Origin: Narcine bancroftii
Taxonomy: Eukaryota
Direction of reading: 5' to 3'
Assembly (NCBI RefSeq): GCF_036971445.1
Contig: NC_091471.1
Location: 992,001-1,056,000 of the forward strand
DNA length: 64,000 nucleotides
The position numbers and the translations under genes are program-made. Positions 1-10,130 of this stretch are shown in pieces; position 1 is the first letter of the stretch; every line of letters starts with the position of its first letter. The notes below the pieces were generated by a model. The model saw nothing but the letters and a program-made list of their open reading frames with translations, was not told where the DNA came from and did no database searches.

Positions 1-598
1 TAGAGGTGTGTCTCAGAGATCAGAGCTGGGGCCATTGTCGTTTGTCATCTCTGTCAGTGATCTGGAATGATAATGTGGTAAATAGGATCAGTTTGCAGAT
101 TAAACAAAGATTGGAGGCATTGTGGACAGTGACTATGGTTTTCAAAACTTGCAGAGGGAACTGGATCAGCTGGAAAAATGGCAGATGGAATTTAATGCAG
201 ACAAGTATGAGGTGTTGCATTTTAAAATTACAAAGTACGTTAGGATGTTCATGATAAATAGTAGAGCGCTGAGGAGTGCAGGACGACACAGAAAATCTGG
301 GAATATTGATGTTGCTGGGACTTCAGGAATATAAAAGGTTTAGACAAAGTAAATATAGGTCGGCTTTTTCCATGGAGGTGAGATACAAACCAGAAGACAC
401 GGGTTACAGGTGAAAAAGGAAATGTTTAGGGGAACTTGTTCACACAGAGAGTAGTGGGAGTTCAGAATGAGCTGCCAGCTAAAGTGATGAGTGTGGGCTT
501 ATTTTAATATTTAAGAAAAATTTGGACTTGTGTGTGGATGAGAGTGGAATGGACTAGGTACAGGTCACTGAAACTAAAACTCTATTTTCTGTGCTGCA
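1..598 (+). mobile_element. CR1 LINE 3' fragment (decayed RT C-terminus and 3' UTR)
   Basis: Frameshifted translation resembles CR1 ORF2 (GFQNLQRELDQLEKWQMEFNADKYEVLHF). It is homologous to the CR1 copies at 44508-46345 and 59093-60015. Confidence 0.85.
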
Positions 599-619
599 TG
601 TTCCGTTCCCCTCACCCCA

Positions 620-3600
620 TTCATCTCCTCCTCCTCCCCTCGCTCCCATGACACCCTCGCCCCTGTCCATCTCCACTTCCTCCCCTCCCCATCCTACTCC
701 TCCACCCTTACCTCCTTCCACACTCCCCTCACCACCACTCCCCATCCTTCTCCTCCTACCCTCCCTCCACCCCCACCCTCCTCCTCCACCCACCACCACC
801 CCATCCTTCTCCTCCTCCTTCCCTCCCCCAACCTCCACCAACCCCCGCACTTCTCCTCCGTTTCCCCCACCTCAACAATCTCCTCCTCCTCCCCCCCATG
901 ACATCCTCACCCCTGTCCTTCTCCTCCACCCTTCCCTCCTTCCACATTCCCCTCACCACCACCCCGTCCTTCTCCTCCTCCCCATCCCCCCTCTGTCCTT
1001 CTCCTCCTCCCCCCATCCACCTCGTCCTTCTCCTCCTCCCCATCCCACCTGTCCTTCTCCTCCTCCCCATCACCCCTCTGTCCTTCTCCTCCTCCCCATC
1101 CCCCCTCGTCCTTCTCCTCCTCCCCATCCCCCCTCTGTCCTTCTCCTCCTCCCCATCCCCCCTCTGTCCTTCTCCTCCCCCTCCATCCCCTCTGTCCTAC
1201 TCCTCCTCCTCCCCATCCCCACCTTGTCCATCTCCTCCTCCTCCTCCCCCCCATGACATCCTCACCCCTGTCCTTCTCCTCCACCCTCCCCTCCTTCCAC
1301 ATTCCCCTCACCACCACCCCGTCCTTCTCCTCCTCCCCTTCCCCCACTACACCCCCGTCCTTCTTCTCCGCCCCTCCCCCTCTGTCCACCCCTCACCCTG
1401 TCCTACTCCTCCTCCCCATCCCCCCTCTGTCCTTCTCCTCCTCCCCCCATCCCCCTCTGTCCTACTCCTCCTCCCCATCCCCCTCGTCCTACTCCCCATC
1501 CCCCCCTGTCCTACTCCTCCTCCCCATCCCCCCCTGTCCTACTCCCCATCCCGCCCTGTCCTACTCCTCCTCCCCATCCCCCCTCTGTCCTTCTCCTCCT
1601 CCCCCATCTCCCTCGTCCTTCTCCTCCTCCCCCCATCCCCCCTCTGTCCTACTCCTCCTCCCCATCCCCCCCTCTGTCCTTCTCCTCCCCCCATCCCCCT
1701 CGTCCTTCTCCTCCTCCCCATCCCCCCTGTCCTACTCCTCCCCCCATCCCCCCTCGTCCTTCTCCTCCTCCCCATCCCCCCTCTGTCCTTCTCCTCCTCC
1801 CATCCCCCCTCTGTCCTTCTCCTCCTTCCCATCCCCCCTCTGTCCTTCTCCATCCCCTCTGTCCTTCTCCTCCTCCCCCATCCCCCCTCGTCCTTCTCCT
1901 CCTCCCCATCCCCCCTCTGTCCTTCTCCTCCTCCCCATCCCCCCTCTGTCCTTCTCCTCCTCCCCATCCCCCCTCTGTCCTTCTCCTCCCCCTCCATCCC
2001 CTCTCTGTCCTTCTCCTCCTCCCCCCATCCCCCCTCGTCCTTCTCCTCCTCTCCATCCCCCCTCTGTCCTTCTCCTCCTCCCCATCCCCCCTCTGTCCTT
2101 CTCCTCCCCCTCCATCCCCTCTCTGTCCTTCTCCTCCTCCCCCCATCCCCCCTCGTCCTTCTCCTCCTCCCCATCCCCCCTCTGTCCTTCTCCTCCTCCC
2201 CATCCCCCCTCTGTCCTTCTCCTCCTCCCCATCCCCCCTCTGTCCTTCTCCTCCTCCCCCACATCCCCCCTCATCCTTCTCCTCCTCCCCATCCCCCTCT
2301 GTCCTACTGCTCCTCCACATCCCCCCTCTGTCCTTCTCCTCCTCCTCCCCATCCCCCCTCTGTCCTTCTCCTCCTCCGCATCCCCCCTCTGTCCTTCTCC
2401 TCCTCCCCATCCCCCCTCTGTCCTTCTCCTCCTCCCCATCCCCCCTCTGTCCTTCTCCTCCTCCCCATCCCCCCTCTGTCCTTCTCCTCCCCCTCCATCC
2501 CCTCTCTGTCCTTCTCCTCCTCCCCCCATCCCCCCTCGTCCTTCTCCTCCTCCCCATCCCCCCTCTGTCCTTCTCCTGCTCCCCATCCCCCCTCTGTCCT
2601 TCTCCTCCTCCCCATCCCCCTCTGTCCTTCTCCTCCCCCTCCATCCCCTCTCTGTCCTTCTCCTCCTCCCCCCATCCCCCCTCGTCCTTCTCCTCCTCCC
2701 CATCCCCCCTCTGTCCTTCTCCTCCTCCCCATCCCCCCTCTGTCCTTCTCCTCCTTCCCATCCCCCCTCTGTCCTTCTCCATCCCCTCTGTCCTTCTCCT
2801 CCTCCCCCCATCCCCCCTCGTCCTTCTCCTCCTCCCCATCCCCCCTCTGTCCTTCTCCTCCTCCCCATCCCCCCTCTGTCCTTCTCCTCCTCCCCATCCC
2901 CCCTCTGTCCTTCTCCTCCCCCTCCATCCCCTCTCTGTCCTTCTCCTCCTCCCCCATCCCCCCTCGTCCTTCTCCTCCTCTCCATCCCCCCTCTGTCCTT
3001 CTCCTCCTCCCCATCCCCCCTCTGTCCTTCTCCTCCCCCTCCATCCCCTCTCTGTCCTTCTCCTCCTCCCCCCATCCCCCCTCGTCCTTCTCCTCCTCCC
3101 CATCCCCCCTCTGTCCTTCTCCTCCTCCCCATCCCCCCTCTGTCCTTCTCCTCCTCCCCATCCCCCTCTGTCCTACTGCTCCTCCACATCCCCCCTCTGT
3201 CCTTCTCCTCCTCCTCCCCATCCCCCCTCTGTCCTTCTCCTCCTCCCCATCCCCCCTCTGTCCTTCTCCTCCTCCCCATCCCCCCTCTGTCCTTCTCCTC
3301 CTCCCCCACATCCCCCCTCATCCTTCTCCTCCTCCCCATCCCCCTCTGTCCTACTGCTCCTCCACATCCCCCCTCTGTCCTTCTCCTCCTCCTCCCCATC
3401 CCCCCTCTGTCCTTCTCCTCCTCCCCATCCCCCCTCTGTCCTTCTCCTCCTCCCCATCCCCCCTCTGTCCTTCTCCTCCTCCCCATCCCCCCTCTGTCCT
3501 TCTCCTCCCCCTCCATCCCCTCTCTGTCCTTCTCCTCTTCCCCCCATCCCCCCTCGTCCTTCTCCTCCTCCCCCCATCCCCCCTCTGTCCTTCTCCTCCT

Positions 3601-3900
3601 CCCCATCCCCCCTCTGTCCTTCTCCTCCTCCCCATCCCCCCTCTGTCCTTCTCCTCCCCCTCCATCCCCTCTCTGTCTTCTCCTCTTCCCCATCCCCCCT
3701 CGTCCTTCTCCTCTTCCCCCCATCCCCCCTCTGTCCTTCTCCTCCTCCCCATCCCCCCTCTGTCCTTCTCCTCCTCCCCATCCCCCCTCTGTCCTTCTCC
3801 TCCTCCCCCCATCCCCTCTCTGTCCTTCTCCTCCTCCCCATCCCCCCTCTGTCCTTCTCCTCCCCCCCATCCCCCCCCGTCCTTCTCCTCCCCTCCCCCC
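620..3900. repeat. Polypyrimidine minisatellite A, unit ~29 bp (CCCCATCCCCCCTCTGTCCTTCTCCTCCT)
   Basis: Directly visible tandem array. It is degenerate at 620-950 and regular from about 1400 to 3880. Confidence 0.97.
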
Positions 3901-4009
3901 ACCACCACCCCCACCCACCGCTCTCCCTCCCTCCCACGACCCCCTCCTTTGCCCTCCGACTGCTGTCCCTCCCATCCGTGCTGCCCGTGGGGGGGGGGGG
4001 GGGGGGCAC

Positions 4010-4420
4010 ATACTGGCCAGGCCGTTGTCAGGGACCCTTCTCCCGGATCCCCCCACGTGTGACAGGAGGCGCCGTCCCGTCCCTTCCCGGCCCGACTGTG
4101 AGGAACGAAGCCCCGGCCGGTCCCGCTGCCGCTCACCCCCCGGCAGCACCGGCTCCAACGATGGCCAGGCCCGTGCCCCGGACACTCGGGAAACCCTCGC
4201 CCGCCCGGGACGAGTCTCACCTCTGGCCGCGGCCTCCTCCGTGGACCGGCCCGTTGCTGAGGAAACGACGCTGACGGACCTGGTGACGTCAACGCGCCCA
4301 TGTCTGAACCGAGCCCGGACGTCACGCGACGGGGCGGCCGCAGCCCGGGGAGGAGGGGCAAAAGAAGCTGTCAATCAGAGAAGGGCCACGGCCGGGCAGT
4401 CCCTGCGCATGCGCACATGG
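4010..4420 (-). promoter_or_regulatory. CpG-island promoter-like module, copy 1
   Basis: CpG-dense. It contains a perfect NRF1 palindrome TGCGCATGCGCA (4404-4415), a PBX/PREP decamer TGATTGACAG on the minus strand (4368-4377) and a CRE TGACGTCA (4284-4291). It is an inverted homologue of 9945-10160. Strand is inferred. Confidence 0.6.
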
Positions 4421-4740
4421 GCTTCCCGGGGCTTTTCTGGATGGAATCGGGCCCTGAGAAAGAGAAGGGGAACGGGGTGGGGGGACAAGGGGAGGGGAAC
4501 AAGACGACGTTTCCATCGGACGATGAACTCAGTCGGGTGACGGGACAGAGACGAGGTTCCCATCATCTGATGAACTCAGCCAGGTGACAATACAGAGATG
4601 AGACGAGACGTGATGAATTGTCGATATAGGTTAAAAAAAACTCTGCTGTGTTCCAGGCAATGGAAGTTGAGGTTGTGCTGGGTTGAATGGCAGCATCTTC
4701 CCCAGATTCACACGTGGAAAATTTATGCTCATCCACATGA

Positions 4741-5190
4741 CAGTGAAATGGTGCAGAGGTGGTGGAAATGTCGAGGTGAAAGCGATCAGTGGACAAGTGA
4801 AACCTGGCCTTGTGTCTGCAAATATGATCGGTCAGGGGCAGAGTTTAGATCAGAAATGGAGAGGGGACTCAGAGAGGGGAGGGCCTGATGCAGCTGGGTT
4901 GTAGAATTAAATAAAAGGGGGTTTCGAATGTCTGGAGCAGAACTTGGCCTTTGAGATGTATTGTCCTAAATGACAGAACTTCAGACTTTTTCTGAGACCA
5001 GCTTTGTTCAAAGACAATCGCTCAATGTCTTTAATGGCGATGACCGTTACCCAGAAATCTCTTCGGCCAAAAAAGCACCCTATCAACATGAAAGCAGGGA
5101 GCGCGCAGGCGTACAAGAAGTGACGTCATGGCACGTGGGTTACGCAAAAGCTCTCGGCCCTTGTCAGGGACCGAAGGTGATTCAGCGCTT
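4741..5190 (+). repeat. Segmental duplicate (ZNF upstream cassette, copy 1)
   Basis: Collinear with 42444-42596, 46877-46951 and 47553-47740, for example AAACCTGGCCTTGTGTCTGCAAATATGATC and GACCGTTACCCAGAAATCTCTTCGGCCAA. Confidence 0.92.
5101..5137 (+). promoter_or_regulatory. Candidate proximal promoter of the ZNF gene (NRF1-like, CRE, E-box)
   Basis: GCGCAGGCG, TGACGTCA (5121-5128) and CACGTG (5132-5137). The paralogue at 47661-47695 has TGCGCAGGCGCA, GGAAGTG and CACGTG. Confidence 0.5.
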
Positions 5191-5192
5191 GG

Positions 5193-5855
5193 TCCGGAAC
5201 GGAGCGTCCCGGAGCGGAGGATTCCGGAACGGAGCGCTGGATCCCGGAGCGGAGTATTAAGGAACGGAGCACTGAGTCCCGGAACGGAGTATTAAGGAAC
5301 TGAGCACTGGGTCCCGGAGCGGAGTATCCCGGAATGGAGCGTCCCGGAGCGGAGGATTCCGGAATGGAACGCTGGGTCCTGGAGCGGAGTATTAAGGAAT
5401 GGAGCGCTGGATCCCAGAGCGGAGTATTAAGGAACGGAGCGCTGGGTCCAGGAGCGGAATATTAAAGAACGGAGCGCTGGGTCCCAGAGCGGAGTATCCC
5501 AGAGCGGAGCATCCCGGAACGGAACACTGGGTTCCGGAGCGGAGGATTCTGCAACTGAGCGCTGGGTCCCGGAGCGTAGTTTCCCGGAACGGAGCGCCGG
5601 GTCCCAGAGCGGAGGATTCCGGAACGGAACGGTGGGTCCCAGAGCAGAGTATCCCAGAACAGAACGCTGGGTCTTGGAGCGGAGTATCCCGGAACAGAAC
5701 GCTGGGTCTTGGAGCGGAGTATCCTGGATTGGAGCGCTGGATCCCGGAGCGGAGTATTCAGGAACGGAGTGCTGGGTCCCCGAGCGGAGTATCCCTGAAC
5801 GGAGCTGCAGTTCCCGTAACAGTCCCGGAACAGAGCGGAGTGCTGGTTCCCGGAT
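5193..5855. repeat. 35-bp minisatellite B (GGAACGGAGCGCTGGGTCCCGGAGCGGAGTATTAA)
   Basis: Units start at 5261, 5296, 5361, 5396, 5431 and 5466 (35-bp period), with a few shorter units. Confidence 0.95.
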
Positions 5856-6041
5856 AGGGTGGCTCCCGTGGATCTGGGGCTTGCACCGCCCGGCAAGAGA
5901 TCGCTTATCCCCGAGTCCCAACCTTGGTGTGGATTTATCCTGCTGCCCAGCTCTCCAGGAACCTCCATCGCGCTGGGCACACGCTGTGTGCCCAGACTGC
6001 ATTGATTTATCTCCTGGTCACACTCTCTCATCCCCACAGTG

Positions 6042-6797
6042 ATGAACCCACTTCAGTGCTCCGATTGTGGCAAGAACTTTAAATGGTTGAGCCAGTTAAC
6101 GATACACCGGCGGGTCCACACTGGGGAGAGACCCTTCACCTGCCCAGAGTGTGGCAAGGGATTCACCAAGTCGTCCCATCTGCTGTCCCACCAGCGGGTT
6201 CACACTGGGGAGAGGCCCTTCATCTGCCCTGAGTGCGGGAAGGGGTTCACCCACACATCCGACCTACGGAGGCACCAGCGGGTCCACACCGGGGAGAGAC
6301 CATTCACCTGCCACAAGTGTGAGAAGGGTTTTACGAACAGGTCGAACCTTGAGATACACCAGCGGATGCACACCGGGGAGAGGCCCTGCACCTGCCCTGA
6401 GTGCGGCAAGGGCTTCACCCAGACCTCCAACCTGCTGAGACACCAGTGGGTCCACACCGGGGAGAAGCCGTTTGTCTGCCCTGATTGTGGCAAGGGCTTC
6501 ACCCAGTCGTCTGACCTGCAGACCCATCAGCGAGACCATACCGGGGAAAAGCCTTTCATCTGCCCCGAGTGCAAGAAGGCCTTCACCAACAGGTCCAGCC
6601 TTGAGAAACACCGGCGGGTTCACACCGGTGAGAGACCGTTCATCTGCCCTGAGTGCGGCAAGGGGTTCACCCAGTCCTCCAACTTGAGGACCCACCAGCG
6701 GGTCCACACTGGAGAGAGGCCCTTCAGCTGCTTCAGCTGTGGCAAGAACTTCACCCAGTCAGCCAGCCTGTTGAAGCACCAGCGGGTCCACAAATGA
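6042..6797 (+). CDS. C2H2 zinc-finger protein with 9 tandem fingers (possibly the terminal coding exon)
   Basis: Nine intact C-x2-C-x12-H-x3-H fingers with TGE(R/K)P linkers. ATG is at 6042, there is an in-frame upstream stop at 6003, and a pyrimidine tract plus CAG (possible splice acceptor) ends at 6039. No KRAB, SCAN or BTB domain is visible. Confidence 0.93.
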   Translation: MNPLQCSDCGKNFKWLSQLTIHRRVHTGERPFTCPECGKGFTKSSHLLSHQRVHTGERPFICPECGKGFTHTSDLRRHQRVHTGERPFTCHKCEKGFTNRSNLEIHQRMHTGERPCTCPECGKGFTQTSNLLRHQWVHTGEKPFVCPDCGKGFTQSSDLQTHQRDHTGEKPFICPECKKAFTNRSSLEKHRRVHTGERPFICPECGKGFTQSSNLRTHQRVHTGERPFSCFSCGKNFTQSASLLKHQRVHK

Positions 6798-7330
6798 GCC
6801 AGATTCTGTGGCTGATCTGACCCCTCACTCCTGTTGTTCTAACCAGGGTCGGACTGTGTCCAACGTCCTGTCCCCATTCTAGCTGATCTTAACATCCTGT
6901 AACCGTCATGCAGATTAATGTACTTGGCACATGCCAATTAAATGACCTGGACCTTGAACATCCAGCAGATTGTCTGTTGAATAGTGAATGGTCTTTCTGC
7001 TGCTCAACCACAGAACTGTACAGAAGCAGGTCATTTGGCCCATCTATTCTGTGTTGAACTATTATTCTGCCCAGTCCCATTGACTTTAAGGCAACTAAGA
7101 GCTTCTCCCTCCTCTGGTGACAAGGGGTCTGGTTGAATCTGGATGAGGGAGCCTTGCCATTTGAGGAGCAGTACCTGGGTGGGGGGGGGGGGGGGTGGAA
7201 ACCTTTGCCACAAGTGGGGATGGGTGTTTCATAAACTGTAATTTGGAAACTCAAGGTGAATGAATGTTTTCCGAACCAAGGGGCATGGAGTTTGGGTGGG
7301 CATTCAGAGTTACGTCGCTGATCAGCCTTG

Positions 7331-7540
7331 ATAGGTCATAAAGTTGTGCAGCACATAAAGAAGACCCTTCACCCCAGCTTGTTTGTGTTGCCCCATTTGG
7401 CCTACACACCTGTTACACCCTTCTGATCCATGTTCATGAATATATATCTTCTAAGTTCATCCACCTCCACTACTTCTTCTGGCAGCTCCATGCCAGTTCC
7501 TCTGGCAACTCCATGTGCCCCCTCCCACCCTCTGAGTAAA
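7331..7540 (-). mobile_element. Highly decayed CR1 3' end remnant
   Basis: Resembles the reverse complement of the CR1 3' ends elsewhere in the window (ACCTCCACTACTTCTTCTGGCAGCTCCA). Confidence 0.45.
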
Positions 7541-7554
7541 GTTAAATAGGGGAG

Positions 7555-8370
7555 TTTGCAGACGCTGGGACTGCAGAGCGATACTGGAGAAACTCAGCAG
7601 GTCACTCAACATCTATAATGACCCATGTTTCGGGCCTGATCCCTGTGTGTTTTTACTACAATCACAGTGTCTGCAGACTTTTGTGTGTCATCGGTGTGCT
7701 ATACCTGCTTGTTGTATGGAGAGGGGGGCAGGTATCGATTGTTTGACCCTTGCTTCACAATCAGGAGGTGCGATTATCTATTACCCAAGGTCTAATGTAT
7801 GTGTGATTTGTGTTATTGCTTTGTGTGTGTGTCTGTGTCTGTGGGTTTGTGTGTGTTTTTTCCCTGTGTGAATTCTATAGTTTACACTATTACATGCCCA
7901 GGACTTACTGCTTCGTGAACCCTTCCAACATGTTCCCACCATCATGGCCCTCTGTCCTCTTCCCCATCATCTCTCAGCTTCTTTCCCTACCACCTGTACC
8001 AGCCTGTTACCCCCCCCCCTCTCAGTTTTCATTGCCCCACACACCCTCTAACTTGCTTAACCATCTCTCTGGTCCCTTTCCTCCTCGTTCCCCCGGACCA
8101 CCTTCCCTTCCACCAATTAGAATGCACCTTTCTCAGCCCTCTGCCCCTTTACTCCCTCCCCCTCCATCACCTCATGGCCCTTGCTTCTTCCTCCTGCCAC
8201 CTGTCACCGGCCAGCCCATGCCCCTTCCCCAACACCCAGCCCATTTTTCGGGTGAAGGGTTCCTGCTTGAGATGTTGATTGTTGATTTTGTTGCACAGAT
8301 GCTGCCCGACCCACTGAATTCTCCCAGCACTCTGCGCCCTGCTCCAGCTTCCCAGCATCTGTGGGCTTCT
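7555..8370. mobile_element. Decayed Penelope-like element terminal repeats in inverted arrangement
   Basis: 7555-7645 (CTGGAGAAACTCAGCAGGTCA...GTTTCGGGCCTGA) and 8248-8370 (GATGCTGCCCGACCCACTGAATTCTCCCAGCA) are related in opposite orientations. They resemble Penelope pseudo-LTR ends with eroded hammerhead-like cores. Confidence 0.45.
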
Positions 8371-8876
8371 CGTTTGATCTCCTTCACTGCTGGATCCCCA
8401 TGTGGGTTTGAATATCTTCGATCAGCGGGTGGTCCAGTTCACCCATGTGAGCTCACGGCTCTTGGTTCAAATCTCGTCTGGAGAAAGTCCACCCCTGACT
8501 CTCCACCTTCCCCTCATCCATCTTGCTGGATTCCCGTGTCCCCATTTCAGGAATTGGAGAGAACGTCCAAACCTTGGGCCCCACAGGTGTGAGTACATGC
8601 ACTGAGTTCGAGTTCAATATCACCTGACTGTACAATCAGATCAAACAGTGTTTCTCTGGGGGAGAGAGAGAGAAACCGTCACATACACATGCACGACATT
8701 GAATTAGGCATTGTCTTTGCGGGAGACTGTGACCAATGGTTTTCCTTGGGGATCAGCTCTGGTGTTGACACGGAAAACATAGTGGTGGCTGTTGGACGTG
8801 AAATAATGACACACACAGATCTGGGTAAATCAGGTCTCGTTTACTTGAGTCATGCATGTATTCTTTTAAAACACTA

Positions 8877-9905
8877 CCCCTTCACCCCTTTATCCCCCCC
8901 TTGACCCCCTCTGCCCCTTTATTCCCCCTTGACCCCATCCCCTTCACCCCTTTATCCCCCTTGACCCCCTCTGCCCCTTTATTCCCCCTTGACCCCATCC
9001 GCTTCACCCCCTCCCCTTCACCCCCTTTGACCCCCTCCCCTTTATCCCCCCTTGACCCCCTCTGCCCCTTTACTCCCCCTTGACCCCATCCCCTTCACCC
9101 CTTTATCCCCCTTGACCCCCTCCCCTTCACCCCCTTTGACCCCCTCCCCTTTATCCCCCCTTGACGCCCTCTGCCCCTTTATTCCCCCTTGACCCCCTCC
9201 CCTTCACCCCCTTTGACTCCCTCTGCCCCTTTATTCCCCCTTGACCCCCTCCCCTTCACCCCTTTATCCCCCCTTGACCCCCTCCCCTTCACCCCTTTAT
9301 CCCCCCTTGACCCCCTCCCCTTGACGCCCTCCCCTTCACCCCCTTTGACCCCCTCCCCTTTATCCCCCCTTGACCCCCTCTGCCCCTTTACTCCCCCTTG
9401 ACCCCCATCCCCTTCACCCCTTTATCCCCCTTGACCCCCTCGACCCCTTTATCCCCCTTGACCCCCTCCCCTTCACCCCCCTTTGACCCCCTCTATACCC
9501 CCTTGACGCCCTCTGCCCCTTTATTCCCCCTTGACCCCCTCCCCTTCACCCCCTTTGACTCCCTCTGCCCCTTTATTCCCCCTTGAACCACCTCCAACCC
9601 CTTTATCCCCCCTTGACCCCCCTCCCCTTCACCCCTTTATCCCCCCTTGACCCCCTCCCCTTCACCCCTTTATCCCCCCTTGACCCCCTCCCCTTCACCC
9701 CTTTATCCCCCCCTTGACCCCCTCCCCTTCACCCCCCTTGACCCCCTCCCCTTCACCCCCCTTGACCCCCTCCCCCTTGACCCCCTCCCCTTGACCCCCT
9801 CCCCTTCACCCCCTCCCCTTCACCCCTCCCCTTCACACCCCCTTGACCCCCTCCCTTCACCCCCCCTTAACCCCCTCCCCTTACCCCCCTTTATTCCCCC
9901 TTGAC
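8877..9905. repeat. Polypyrimidine minisatellite C, unit ~32 bp (TTGACCCCCTCCCCTTCACCCCTTTATCCCCC) made of ~10-11-bp subunits
   Basis: Directly visible tandem array. Confidence 0.95.
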
Positions 9906-9944
9906 CTCACTCTCCTTCGCCCCTTTATCCACCTTGCCCCTGCT

Positions 9945-10130
9945 CCTCTGATTGACAGCTCCCTCCGCCCCACCTCCCGTGCAACGGCCGCCCCATCACG
10001 TGATGGCCGGAGCCGGCTCAGGCGTGAACGCGTTGACGTCACAGGCCCATGAGATCGTGGTCAGCGTCAACAACGGCCTGGTCCCACGGGGCGGGGCGAG
10101 CGGCATCGATGCCCGCGGGGACTTCGTCCT
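9945..10130 (+). promoter_or_regulatory. CpG-rich promoter-like module, copy 2, wedged between two satellites
   Basis: TGATTGACAG (9949-9958), GC box (9965-9970), 14-bp palindrome CCATCACGTGATGG (9993-10006, E-box) and CRE TGACGTCA (10034-10041). It is a reverse-complement homologue of 4100-4385. Confidence 0.6.

Noticed and set aside
591-4540. 1054-aa and 1095-aa Pro/Ser-rich ORFs (extensin-like)
   Set aside because: These are translations of the 29-bp polypyrimidine minisatellite, with frame cycling and no domain.
4522-4616. 47-bp-spaced direct repeat containing CTGATGA...GAGACGTG, hammerhead-like
   Set aside because: The GAAA core is GAGA, the cleavage triplet would be GUG, and stem II pairing is poor, so it is not supportable as a ribozyme.
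5193-5855. 35-bp periodic repeat as a CRISPR array
   Set aside because: Units are head-to-tail with no unique spacers, there are no cas genes, and the context is eukaryotic.
8248-8280. Penelope-associated hammerhead ribozymes (also near 7625-7645 and 63705-63740)
   Set aside because: The catalytic core bases are mutated or truncated in all three, so at most these are fossils.
7810-8592. 260-aa Pro-rich ORF
   Set aside because: It runs through a (GT)n tract and decayed repeat sequence, has a non-ATG start and has no domain.
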